A stretch of DNA of 64,000 bases from Candidatus Latescibacterota bacterium (GCA_965203175.1 OZ241867.1:4928001-4992000), one strand, 5' to 3'. Positions 46,336 to 56,142 are shown, counted from the stretch's first letter. Notes: generated from the sequence alone by a model not told the origin. Made by a program: numbers and translations.

Positions 46336-49300
46336 TTACTTCTTCGGGCGACGCAACCCATACTTCCGCAGGCGATAGCGCAGCTTCTCCGGATTCATGC
46401 CCAACAAACGCGCCGCACCCCGCTCCCCATAGATCATCCAGTTAGTCGCTTGCAGCGCCTCCACAAGCTGCTGCTTCTCGTCCAAGCCTTCGCTAGCCGC
46501 TGGCGCGGGTGGCACTGCATCTCCAGACCGCCGACCAACCGACGGCAGCAGTAAATCACCAACGCGGATCACCCCGTCCTCGCATAGCAAGACCGCCCTG
46601 TTGATCAAGTGCTCCAACTCGCGCACATTCCCCGGCCAAGCATACCCCTGCAAGTGCCCGATCACTCCCTCGTCTAGCGTTGGCGCTGGACGCCGCAGAT
46701 GCTGGGCATACCGCTCGGCAAAATGTGCCGCCAAAGCCGGGATATCCTCTTGCCGCTGCCGCAACGGCGGAAGCTCTAGCGTAAAAACGCTCAGGCGGTA
46801 GAACAGGTCTTCGCGGAACGTGCCTTCCTGGATCGCCTGTCGCAAGTCGCGGTTCGTCGCCGCAATGACCCGCACGTCCACGCGCACAGGCTGCTCGCCA
46901 CCGACGCGGGTCAGGGCATTCTCCTCCAAGATGTGCAGCAGCACCCGCTGAGACTCCAACGGCAAATCGCCGATCTCGTCCAGAAAGAGGGTGCCGCCAT
47001 TGGCCAGTTCAAAGCGGCCAAGCTGACGGCTCGCCGCCCCGGTAAAGGCCCCCTTCTCGTGGCCGAATAACTCGCTTTCGACCAATCCGGCTGGCAACGC
47101 CCCGCAATTGACTTGGATAAAGGGCCGCTTGCGGCGAGTGCTTGTCTCGTGGATGGTCTGCGCCAATAAGCCCTTGCCCGTGCCCGTCTCGCCCAGTACC
47201 AACACCGTCATTGCCGTCTCGGCGACGCGCACGGTCTGCTCCATCACTTGCCGCATAGCCCAACTCTGACTGTGCACCACGTGGTCGGTCGCGCGCAATA
47301 CGCTTTCAAGAGCGTGGATGCGTTCGGTTTTGGCGTCGGGGAGAATTTGAATCTCTAGGCTGGCGACCTCCGACAGCAAACCATCGCGGTCCATCGTCCT
47401 CACCTCAAAGTGGTACTCGCCCACCGACAGGGTACTATACGCGACCGCATCGGCAGCCGTAAACGCGCTCCATTGTTCCGTCGGATCGTGGCCTACCAAG
47501 CGATGACTATAGCGCATTTGTCCAGCACCAGTGCGAAAACTGATGCCCTGGAAGTGAATGCGGATCTCAGGCGTGCTCTCTGGGCAGGATACGGCTTCGG
47601 GCGCGGCCAAGGGCGTACCGGCCATCACCTCGCGGATGACCAAACACGGCGGCGTGTGTCCCGGCTCGTAGGCGACTAGCCCTGCCCGCGTGCCAAACCA
47701 CAGCCGGCCGCGACGGTCGCACAGGACGGCTTCGACCATGTTTTCAAGGGCAGATGGCCCCAAGCGGATGCTTTGGAAGGTCTGGCCGTCGTAGCGGAGG
47801 ACGCCGCCGCCGCTGGTGCCCATCCAGATATGGCCTTGCGAATCGGCTGTCAGCGCCAAGATGCCATTGGCCGACAACCCGAACTGTTCGGCGGTAAAGT
47901 GGCGGATCTGCCGAGACGAGAGATCAAGGGTGAAAAGCCCCTTAGCCGTGCCTATCCACAGGGTGTTTTGGTGCTCCCACAAGACGTTGACATAGGCGAT
48001 GGACTCCGCTACGGCTATATCTGCCGGGCGCAAGTGCCCATCCTCGTAGCAGTAGAGTGATGGTATTAGTCCAACTGAACCGATCCATAGTACACCGTCT
48101 CGGTCTCGCAGCAGCACTCCGGCACAGAATACCCCGTCTTTGTCTTGTATCACGGCACTGCATTCACCAAGATAGATAAAGCGATTTTTCTCAATCCAAC
48201 CGAAGCGGCCCTCGGACGTGCCGACCCAGATACGCCCTTGCCCATCTTCACATAGCCCAGCGATTTCTTCGGGATGGGTCTCTTCGGCCACCGGGATCGC
48301 TTGTGGCGTTTGGCCCTCCCACTTGTACACCTTGCCCGCCCCCCCACCACTCCAGACCTGACCTTGGCCATCTACCACCATCGCTTCGACAATTTCCCCT
48401 GTCTCGACCAGGTGAACTTGGCCTTCTTCCATGCAGGCCATGCCCGCCATCGTGCCAATCCACATCCGACCCTCATGGTCCTCTCCTAAGTGGCGAATCT
48501 CGCGGTCTGGTAGGCCATCGGCTTCCGTGTAGCACCGGATGCTGATTGGATCGCAAAAAATCAATCCGCCGCCCCAAAGCCCGATCCAGATATTGCCCTC
48601 GCGGTCCTCGTACGTCAGCCGCGTAGCCGAAAAGTCAATATCCGGCAAGGAAGCAGAAAAGGGATGCCACGCCTGCCCGTCGTGTACCACCACGCCCCGG
48701 TGAGTCAGCCAGAGCCAGCCCCTCTCGTCAGCCCGCACGTGCCGCGTCCCGTGATTCACCACCCCCTCGTCGCCCTTGCCCACGTTAATGCACGCAATCT
48801 GTTGGTCCCGTGGATCGTAGCGGCCGATTAAGACTTCGGTACCCGTGTAATGGAAACTAATCCACAGGTGGCCGGAGGGATCTTGGGCGAATTTCCAGGG
48901 CCATTGGCTCACCCGGTCACCGAAACCCATGCGCCGCCCAGCCAAGCTGATGACGCCTCCCCACGCTGCCAGCCAAGTAGTGCCGCTCGCGTCGGTAGCC
49001 ATGTCGTACACGCGCCCCAATGGTTGGCCGTCAATATGGGTTATGCACTTTATACAGCGGCCCTCGGCAAACCACGCCACGCCCGCGCTAGTCAGCACCA
49101 AAATCGATCCATCCGGCTGAGCTTGCAGGCCCACAATCTCATTGGAAGGCAAACCGTGCTCAGTGGTGTACACCTGAAAGCCGCGCCCGTCATACGCGGC
49201 AAGTCCCCCGCCGAACGTGCCGAACAAAAGCCGCCCATCCGCATCCTCGGCAATGGCCATGACCGTCAGATTGGGCAAACCGTCCTTGAGGCCAAACGTA

Positions 49301-49461
49301 TCAAACCGGGCGCTGTCGAACCGGCTGACGCCGCCATCGGCCGTGGCAATCCAGAGAAAGCCCTGGCGGTCTTGGTAGATGTCTTCCACGTGCATCCCGG
49401 CTAGCCCATCAAAGACGGTGTATTGGCTGCTCAACACGTGCTCAAAGGATATGTCGCTCAT
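46336..49461 (-). CDS. Sigma54 enhancer-binding protein with Reg_prop beta-propeller + Y_Y_Y sensor, paralogue R1
   Basis: DGLP/D..G.LW.GT repeats; YHFEVRTMDRDG; GETGTGK, ESELFGHEKGAFTGA, GTLFLDEIG, WPGNVREL, Fis-HTH. Confidence 0.93.
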   Translation of the reverse strand: MSDISFEHVLSSQYTVFDGLAGMHVEDIYQDRQGFLWIATADGGVSRFDSARFDTFGLKDGLPNLTVMAIAEDADGRLLFGTFGGGLAAYDGRGFQVYTTEHGLPSNEIVGLQAQPDGSILVLTSAGVAWFAEGRCIKCITHIDGQPLGRVYDMATDASGTTWLAAWGGVISLAGRRMGFGDRVSQWPWKFAQDPSGHLWISFHYTGTEVLIGRYDPRDQQIACINVGKGDEGVVNHGTRHVRADERGWLWLTHRGVVVHDGQAWHPFSASLPDIDFSATRLTYEDREGNIWIGLWGGGLIFCDPISIRCYTEADGLPDREIRHLGEDHEGRMWIGTMAGMACMEEGQVHLVETGEIVEAMVVDGQGQVWSGGGAGKVYKWEGQTPQAIPVAEETHPEEIAGLCEDGQGRIWVGTSEGRFGWIEKNRFIYLGECSAVIQDKDGVFCAGVLLRDRDGVLWIGSVGLIPSLYCYEDGHLRPADIAVAESIAYVNVLWEHQNTLWIGTAKGLFTLDLSSRQIRHFTAEQFGLSANGILALTADSQGHIWMGTSGGGVLRYDGQTFQSIRLGPSALENMVEAVLCDRRGRLWFGTRAGLVAYEPGHTPPCLVIREVMAGTPLAAPEAVSCPESTPEIRIHFQGISFRTGAGQMRYSHRLVGHDPTEQWSAFTAADAVAYSTLSVGEYHFEVRTMDRDGLLSEVASLEIQILPDAKTERIHALESVLRATDHVVHSQSWAMRQVMEQTVRVAETAMTVLVLGETGTGKGLLAQTIHETSTRRKRPFIQVNCGALPAGLVESELFGHEKGAFTGAASRQLGRFELANGGTLFLDEIGDLPLESQRVLLHILEENALTRVGGEQPVRVDVRVIAATNRDLRQAIQEGTFREDLFYRLSVFTLELPPLRQRQEDIPALAAHFAERYAQHLRRPAPTLDEGVIGHLQGYAWPGNVRELEHLINRAVLLCEDGVIRVGDLLLPSVGRRSGDAVPPAPAASEGLDEKQQLVEALQATNWMIYGERGAARLLGMNPEKLRYRLRKYGLRRPKK

Positions 49462-49528
49462 AATCGTCCTTCCGGCGATAGGGAGGTCCCAGTCTTTAAT
49501 ACAGGACCCACCCCTGAGGTACGACTGC

Positions 49529-49580
49529 CGACATCCTAAATCTGATTCTAGGCTAGGATTGCCTCAAGTTGAATTTCACC
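49529..49580 (-). promoter_or_regulatory. Conserved upstream element of R1
   Basis: 52-bp near-copy of 59319-59370. Confidence 0.65.
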
Positions 49581-49737
49581 AGCAGCGCACGAGAGGACGG
49601 AAGGATGCGCAGCTTCAGCCGTCAGCGCAAGGATTCCCACGACTGTGCTGTGTTGGCCGCCTACGACTTTTTCGGGTAGGATTACTTTTGGATTCTGAGC
49701 TTGTGGACCGATAAGGAAGGATTAGTGCGGAAGGGCG

Positions 49738-49774
49738 CGTAGGGGGCGGTGCGGAGCACAATCCGCCCCCTACG
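49738..49774. repeat. GTAG-type REP-like palindrome
   Basis: CGTAGGGGGCGG-loop-CCGCCCCCTACG; right arm recurs at ~51863-51873. Confidence 0.6.
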
Positions 49775-49786
49775 GATGAGGCGAGA

Positions 49787-50755
49787 TTAATGAATACCCG
49801 TTGAAAGCAGCGATTTGATCCGTCCCCACGACTGGACTTCGACGCTTGTCGCGGTAGCGGAAGGGACGACAGGTTGCCAAATGGGATATTCTCCGCCCAA
49901 ACCATTGGTCAGATTGACCAAGTTGCTCCCGTCTATATCCACAACCCAAATCTCTCCATCGCCGGTGAAGGAATAAGAAGTGTCAGTGCTGCTGAGAATG
50001 GTGTATGAAGTGAAGGCTACCCTCGTGCCGTTGGGTGCCCAAGTGAGGGGAAAACTAGTAAGGATCCAAGAATCGCCGTAATCCCGAAAAAAGAGATCGA
50101 CAGGTTGACTAGACAGGAGAAGGGCCGGGACCCTGTCTTTACTGGTCCTTTTCCAGTCTTCGCTGTTCATAACGAGGAGAGCTTGTTCATATTCGTCACC
50201 ACGTAGCAAGACGGTGGAAGCTCGTTTGGTTCCGTCCGGAGAAAAATCACGGCTATCCCGGAAGCGGCGGAGTAGCAAAGCCGCCTCTGTCCATTCCATA
50301 ATTGAGGAGCCGCTGCCATCCAGTGCCACGGCGAACAGCTCAGAGCGGTCCCACACATGGTAGTAAATACTACTTCCGTCTTCAGACCAAAACAGGTCAT
50401 CTGCACTGTTAGGGCCTACTTTCTCAATATCGTCTGTTAGCTGCTTTCGATTGCCGCCGTCGGCATCTACTACCCAAATGTACCTACCGGAATAATCGTC
50501 TCCAGTGGCCATATAGGCGATCTTCGTGCCATCTGGGGACCAAATCGGACTAGCGCAATACTGTCCTTGGGTTAGGTTCACCGGGTCGCTCCCATCCGCA
50601 TTCACAATCCACACATCCCGGACCCATATATCTCGGGGATTCTCGTAGTTCTCGCGGTAGGAGAGAAATGCGATTTTGCCATCGGCTTGTCCCCATCCAG
50701 CGACGGCCAGCCCCAGCGTTGCCAAGCAGGCGAGCAGTAGGGATCGATAGCTCAT
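49787..50755 (-). CDS. Secreted TolB-like paralogue T2
   Basis: Same framework as T1; SVEVQSWGRIKSLL tail. Confidence 0.85.
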   Translation of the reverse strand: MSYRSLLLACLATLGLAVAGWGQADGKIAFLSYRENYENPRDIWVRDVWIVNADGSDPVNLTQGQYCASPIWSPDGTKIAYMATGDDYSGRYIWVVDADGGNRKQLTDDIEKVGPNSADDLFWSEDGSSIYYHVWDRSELFAVALDGSGSSIMEWTEAALLLRRFRDSRDFSPDGTKRASTVLLRGDEYEQALLVMNSEDWKRTSKDRVPALLLSSQPVDLFFRDYGDSWILTSFPLTWAPNGTRVAFTSYTILSSTDTSYSFTGDGEIWVVDIDGSNLVNLTNGLGGEYPIWQPVVPSATATSVEVQSWGRIKSLLSTGIH

Positions 50756-50802
50756 AACGTAGCTCCTTTCATAAGGTTATGAATAAGACGGTTAGATGTA
50801 TG

Positions 50803-51741
50803 TCATGGGACTGCAAGCAGCGCTTTGATCTGTCCCCACGACTGGACTTCGACGCTCGTCGCAGCCGGGGTCGTCGGCTGCCAAGAGGGTTTGCGTCCAC
50901 CTAAACCGTTGGTCAAATTGACCAAGTTGCTCCCGTCTATATCAACAACCCAAATCTCATCGCCCCCTTGCTCGCTAGCAGCAGAGAAGGCGATTCTCAT
51001 GCTATCAGGCGACCAAGTAGTTGGGTCAGACATTCTCTCCCAGCCGGGTTCAAGTTCAGCTTGTTGATAGGGTAGATCGGGAAGGAGGATCTCCGAGAAA
51101 TCTTCTATCTGTTTAGAAGGCTGCGGCCCCTCACTGGGAGCGTAGCTAACTAGGCGTAGGTAGGCATTGCCCTCGTCGTCCTGCAACACGACTTCTGCTT
51201 GTTTGGTTCCGTCTGGAGAACGATTATCGCGGAAACGGCGGGCTATCCCAGCTCCCTCCTTCCAATCCACGGGTGAGGAGCCACTGCCGTCCAACTCCAC
51301 CGCGAACAGTTCATTGGGGGACCCCCTCCTATAGTAGTAAATGCGACTCCCGTCTTCAGCCCAAAAGATCTCTTCAAATCCGGATTCGGATCCGGGATCT
51401 ACTAGATATCCCACTTGTTGCGGATTGCCGCCATCGGCGTCCATCACCCAGATGGCACCTTGGGAATAATCGACATAGAGGACCCCATCGGAATCGAAAA
51501 GATCGTCAAAGGCGAGATAGGCGATCTTCGTGCCATCTGGAGACCAAGCCGGGCTAACGCACTGCAGATGTCGTCCTGGGGTTAAGTTGACGGGGACGCT
51601 CCCATCCGCATTCATAATCCACACGTCAGAACGCCCCTCGTGTCTGGAGAGAAATGCTATTTTACCGTCGGCTTGCCCCCAGCCAGCGACGGCTAGCCCC
51701 AGTGTTGCCAAGCAGACGATCATTAGGGAGCGATAGTTCAT
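50803..51741 (-). CDS. Secreted TolB-like paralogue T3
   Basis: Start MNYRSL behind AAGGAGG; SVEVQSWGQIKALL tail. Confidence 0.85.
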   Translation of the reverse strand: MNYRSLMIVCLATLGLAVAGWGQADGKIAFLSRHEGRSDVWIMNADGSVPVNLTPGRHLQCVSPAWSPDGTKIAYLAFDDLFDSDGVLYVDYSQGAIWVMDADGGNPQQVGYLVDPGSESGFEEIFWAEDGSRIYYYRRGSPNELFAVELDGSGSSPVDWKEGAGIARRFRDNRSPDGTKQAEVVLQDDEGNAYLRLVSYAPSEGPQPSKQIEDFSEILLPDLPYQQAELEPGWERMSDPTTWSPDSMRIAFSAASEQGGDEIWVVDIDGSNLVNLTNGLGGRKPSWQPTTPAATSVEVQSWGQIKALLAVP

Positions 51742-51803
51742 AACGTGCCTCCTTGCATAAGGTGTATGAATAGAATGTACTACTAACAGTAAATCTATAT
51801 GCC

Positions 51804-51819
51804 TGCACATTCCGTGCCA
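51804..51819 (-). promoter_or_regulatory. Sigma54 -24/-12 promoter (no adjacent UAS array)
   Basis: TGGCACGGAATGTGCA identical to the 46088 copy. Confidence 0.8.
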
Positions 51820-51868
51820 AAAATTCGAGCACCGACAAAAAATCCTTAAGGACTAGTGCGAACCGCCC

Positions 51869-52870
51869 CTACGGACGAGGCGAGATTGACGGGGAACCCG
51901 TTGAAAGCAGCGATTTGATCCGGCCCCACGACTGGGACTCGACGCTCGTAGAGGAAGGAACGACAGGTTGCCAAGCGGGAGAATGTCCACCTAAACCGTT
52001 AGTCAATTCGACTAGGTTGCTCCCGTCTATATCAACGGCCCAAATGAAATCGGTGAAATCAGAGAAGGCTATTCTCATGCTGTTGGGTGCCCAAGTATGG
52101 AAAAACAGCCATGTGTCGTCGGACACGCACACACCGTCCTGGCCATACCAAGTGCGAAACGAGTCTGGGGACTCGCGCACGCACAGACCACTCTGGTCTA
52201 GGTCCGGTAGAGGGATAACCGAAAGCTCGGCTCTGATACGCTGAAGAAAAACCGAGGCATCGACTCCTCTGCTGGTAGGCTCATGAAAAATAGAGAAAAC
52301 CGAGGGCTCATTTTCTCTAACATCGCTGACGTAGAAGCGGGCGAGGTTCACTTCGTCTCCTTTTTCCCGCAGCACGACAACGGCTTCTTTAGTCCCGTCC
52401 GGGGAACGATTGTGGCCGTTGTAGGGCGCCTCTCTCCAGTCCACGGGCGAGGAGCCACTGCCGTCTAGCGCCATGACAAACGTACTAGTACTAGTAGTCC
52501 ACTCGGTATAGTAAATGCTACTTCCATCTGCAGACCACGAAAGACGTATTCTATCGACTGAATCGTCTGTTAGCTGCTGTGGATTGCCGCCATCGGCATC
52601 CATCAACCAAATCTCTCCACCATACTGATCATCGTCAAAAACATCGCTGATATAGGCGATCTTCGCGCCATCCGGGGACCAAGCCGGGCTAATGCAATCC
52701 CGTCCTTGGGTTAGATTTACGGGATCGCTCCCATCCGCATTCATAATCCACACGTCACCGTGCCCCTCGCGGTCGGAGATAAATGCTATTTTACTGTCGG
52801 CTTGCCCCCAGCCAGCGACGGCCAGCCCCAGCATTGCCAAGCAGACGAGCAGTAGGGATCGATAGCTCAT
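51869..52870 (-). CDS. Secreted TolB-like paralogue T4
   Basis: Start MSYRSL behind AAGGAG; SVESQSWGRIKSLL tail. Confidence 0.85.
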   Translation of the reverse strand: MSYRSLLLVCLAMLGLAVAGWGQADSKIAFISDREGHGDVWIMNADGSDPVNLTQGRDCISPAWSPDGAKIAYISDVFDDDQYGGEIWLMDADGGNPQQLTDDSVDRIRLSWSADGSSIYYTEWTTSTSTFVMALDGSGSSPVDWREAPYNGHNRSPDGTKEAVVVLREKGDEVNLARFYVSDVRENEPSVFSIFHEPTSRGVDASVFLQRIRAELSVIPLPDLDQSGLCVRESPDSFRTWYGQDGVCVSDDTWLFFHTWAPNSMRIAFSDFTDFIWAVDIDGSNLVELTNGLGGHSPAWQPVVPSSTSVESQSWGRIKSLLSTGSPSISPRP

Positions 52871-52939
52871 AACGTAGCTCCTTTCACAATATGGATTCAT
52901 CGGTCTTTCCTTTTTAATAATGCTAAAAAACCTCCCTCC

Positions 52940-54940
52940 TTATGGGAGCTTGGTCGTCTTTTTCGCTTCCACCTGTCCGTCCACCTCGACCCGATAGATA
53001 TACACCCCAGCGGCTACTGCCTTCCCCGCCTCATCGCGGCCATTCCAAGCAAGACGATGGCTACCCGCCCCAAGCGGCCCCTGCCACAACTGCCGCACCC
53101 GACGACCCAACACATCGTACACCGTCAACGACATCTGCGCCGCGTCTGTTGCCAAATCAAGGGGGATCACGACAGCCGGATTGAACGGATTGGGATAGCT
53201 GTCGCCGAGCCGATACTGCGTCGGTCGAACCATCGTCGGCGTCTGCACGGCCGTCGGCTGCCCGCTCAGCGAATTCTTGAGCACATGCACCCCGCCCAGT
53301 ATCGGATCTAACACCACCAAATCGAGATCGCCGTCGCTATCTATATCCCCGGAGAGCACGTGGGTACCACTTCCCTGCAGACGATGCCGCTCCCCTGCTT
53401 GGGTAGGATGGCCCCCCCCACTCCATTCGACAAACACCCCAAAGCCCGACGCGCGGTCTCCACCGATAAACACCCAGTCCTCAACCCCATCGGCGTTTAG
53501 ATCGCGTACCATCACCGACGAGCGGAGGAACAGCCGATCATCATATAATACCTCTGCGACTTCTAGGCCGCCTCCGGCGCTCTTACTCTTCAAGACCAGC
53601 CCCTTACGACCTTCAAATTGATCGTGTGTGAACTCTGTGACGAAATCCATCTGCCCATCGCCGTCAAAATCTACCATTTCTTCGCCCCCCACAATCAGCG
53701 TGTTCGGCCACAATATGTCTAGTAATGACCCATCGCCGATAAGGTCGTCGGTCTCCACCTCCTCGTAAGTCCGCACGCCCTGTTCTATATACCATATCTC
53801 GCCTTCTTCAAAAGCAATATCTTTTACATATAATTCACCCCGTCCGTCGTCATTCCAATCAACCACAGCCACGAGCCATCTATCCTCGATCTGTACCAGC
53901 ACCTCGACTTGGAGTGCCGGCCCGATAGACCAAACTTCTATCATCTGCTCTTCTTCCCCATTCCAGCGGGGATATATCACGATTTCGTCTTGACCATCGC
54001 CGGTCAAGTCAGCACCTACCACACCTAAGTATGACCTAGCGACCACCGTTGAGTAATCACCTGTGGCCTCTACCTCTATAGGTCCCAGTTCCAACGCACC
54101 TTGTCCGTCATTGAGTGCCATCAGCCATCCAGCTTTATCCTCAGGCCACCCTCCGTTGTAATCTTTAAAATAAAAGAAGGCGAAAAGGTCTAGTGCCCCA
54201 TCGCCATCCAAATCCGTCAAGACACCAGCCACATCACTCGCCTTTTCTCCCCCTATGCCCCGCGCAATCGGATAGAAAACCGGCGGGGCAAAAAGTCCGA
54301 CCTCATCAAAGCGAAAGTACTCCACGGGTGGAGGAGGCAGGTCTCCCTGTGCGAGCTCTTCCTCACCGGTCAACTCAATCCAGTCAATCTCCAACCATTC
54401 GACCGTCTCTGCCGACGGGTCCCCATCATCCAGTGAAAAACTGAGCTGAATATCTTTTAACCAGCCCTCCCAATCGTCTTGACCTGCTAACGAGAACACT
54501 ACTTCCTTCCACTCAGTGGTATAGACTGGTGCTTCTCGAGAGACGATTCTAAACGGGTATCTAGATAGCTGTTCGAAATCCCGCATGTTGTGCTCGTTGG
54601 CCCACTCCATCGTAAAACCACCACTACCAACCGTAGGGCGGTCGGTGCGGAACCGGATGCGGACTTGGTCGAACAGACCCGAATCGTACCCAATGGTAGG
54701 AGAAACCAACTCGACAGTCGTCCAAGAGTAGTAACTCTTGGTGACGGAGGGCGCGACCGCAATCCTCCACACGCCATCTTCGACCTCCCCTGGAAACAGG
54801 TGCAATTCACGCTTACCACCCCACAAAAAAGCCTCTTTGGCAGACCACCCCTGCGCCGTCCCATCGTCGAACTCCCACGTGATCGCCACGGCAGGACCGC
54901 TCCATAGCATCGCGCATACAACAACGGAGAATTTCAACAT
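52940..54940 (-). CDS. Secreted FG-GAP/FlgD protein, paralogue F3
   Basis: Same architecture as F1/F2, shorter in the central FG-GAP region. Confidence 0.88.
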   Translation of the reverse strand: MLKFSVVVCAMLWSGPAVAITWEFDDGTAQGWSAKEAFLWGGKRELHLFPGEVEDGVWRIAVAPSVTKSYYSWTTVELVSPTIGYDSGLFDQVRIRFRTDRPTVGSGGFTMEWANEHNMRDFEQLSRYPFRIVSREAPVYTTEWKEVVFSLAGQDDWEGWLKDIQLSFSLDDGDPSAETVEWLEIDWIELTGEEELAQGDLPPPPVEYFRFDEVGLFAPPVFYPIARGIGGEKASDVAGVLTDLDGDGALDLFAFFYFKDYNGGWPEDKAGWLMALNDGQGALELGPIEVEATGDYSTVVARSYLGVVGADLTGDGQDEIVIYPRWNGEEEQMIEVWSIGPALQVEVLVQIEDRWLVAVVDWNDDGRGELYVKDIAFEEGEIWYIEQGVRTYEEVETDDLIGDGSLLDILWPNTLIVGGEEMVDFDGDGQMDFVTEFTHDQFEGRKGLVLKSKSAGGGLEVAEVLYDDRLFLRSSVMVRDLNADGVEDWVFIGGDRASGFGVFVEWSGGGHPTQAGERHRLQGSGTHVLSGDIDSDGDLDLVVLDPILGGVHVLKNSLSGQPTAVQTPTMVRPTQYRLGDSYPNPFNPAVVIPLDLATDAAQMSLTVYDVLGRRVRQLWQGPLGAGSHRLAWNGRDEAGKAVAAGVYIYRVEVDGQVEAKKTTKLP

Positions 54941-54956
54941 GACATCACCTCCCAAC

Positions 54957-55898
54957 CTAACGGGTACCCGTTGAAAGCAGCGCTTTGATCCGTCCCCATG
55001 ACTGGACTTCGACGCTCGTGGCAGTAGCAGAAGGAGAAACTGGTTGCCAAGCGGGACTAGCTCCGTCCAAGCCGTTGGTCAGATTGACCAAGTTACTCCC
55101 GTCTATATTAACAACCCAAACTCCCCGGTACCCTTGCTCGTCATTGGCAGTGAAGGCGATTCTCATGCTGTCAGGCGACCAAGTAGGGTCGCGATCCATT
55201 CTCTCGTAGCCGGGTTCAAGTTCAGCTTGTTGATAGGGTAGATCAGGAAGGAGAATCTCCGAGAAATCCTCTATCTGGTTGGAAGGATACGGCCCCTCAG
55301 TGGGAGCGAAGACAACTAGGCGTAGGTAGGCATTGCCCTCTCCGTCCTGCAACACGACGGTTGCTCGTTTGGTTCCGTCTGGAGAGCGATCGAGGGAACG
55401 ACGGACTATCCCAGCCGCATCCCTCCAGTCCATAAGTGAGGAGCCACTGCCGTCCAGCGGCACAACGAACAGTTCATAGCGGGGATGCTGCACGTAGTAG
55501 TAAATGTTACTTCCGTCTTCAGCCCAAAAAAGCTCCTTAGACATGGTCTCTCCTATACTGGTCTCTGGTAGAGATGCCACTTGTTGCGGATTGCCGCCAT
55601 CGGCGTCCATCACCCAGATATCGGCAACGGAATAATCGGCCCAGGCGGAATCGGGATCGGCACTAAAGGCGAAATAGGCGATCTTCGTGCCATCTGGAGA
55701 CCAAGACTGTCTAATGCAATGGGCATGCCGACCTTGGGTTAAGTTGACGGGGGCGCTCCCATCCGCATTCATAATCCACACGTCACCGGCCCCCTCGCGC
55801 CACGAAGTAAATGCTATTTTACCGTCGGCTTGCCCCCAGCCAGCGACAGCCAGCCCCAGCGTTGCCAAGCAGACGATTAGTAGGGATCGATAGCTCAT
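54957..55898 (-). CDS. Secreted TolB-like paralogue T5
   Basis: Start MSYRSL behind AAGGAG; SVEVQSWGRIKALL tail. Confidence 0.85.
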   Translation of the reverse strand: MSYRSLLIVCLATLGLAVAGWGQADGKIAFTSWREGAGDVWIMNADGSAPVNLTQGRHAHCIRQSWSPDGTKIAYFAFSADPDSAWADYSVADIWVMDADGGNPQQVASLPETSIGETMSKELFWAEDGSNIYYYVQHPRYELFVVPLDGSGSSLMDWRDAAGIVRRSLDRSPDGTKRATVVLQDGEGNAYLRLVVFAPTEGPYPSNQIEDFSEILLPDLPYQQAELEPGYERMDRDPTWSPDSMRIAFTANDEQGYRGVWVVNIDGSNLVNLTNGLDGASPAWQPVSPSATATSVEVQSWGRIKALLSTGTR

Positions 55899-55939
55899 AA
55901 TGTGGCTCCTTGTATAAGGTTGTGAATAGGGTACATATA

Positions 55940-55955
55940 GGCACATTCCGTGCCA
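55940..55955 (-). promoter_or_regulatory. Sigma54 -24/-12 promoter
   Basis: TGGCACGGAATGTGCC. Confidence 0.85.
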
Positions 55956-56078
55956 AAAATTCGGCCGCCGACAAAAAAGTTCTTTAGGAATACCCTAAAG
56001 GATTGAAAAACATAATACTTAAAATATGAAACGAGTCTTTTTACGATGCGCGGCCTCAGCCCTCGGCATAAGCCTTTC

Positions 56079-56134
56079 CACGTTTTTTCGTGCAATCTGA
56101 ACGACTTTCCGTGCAATCTGAACGACTTTCCGTG
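56079..56134. promoter_or_regulatory. Putative enhancer (UAS) array: 3 x (C/A)ACG-N6-CGTG, 21-bp period
   Basis: Sites at 56079, 56100, 56121; same offset from the sigma54 box as 46227. Confidence 0.7.
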
Positions 56135-56142
56135 TTGGCCGC

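Noticed and set aside
38210-55898. Diversity-generating retroelement or shufflon explaining paralogue variation
   Set aside because: No reverse transcriptase or recombinase in the window; variation includes indels and is not visibly adenine-specific; all genes co-oriented.
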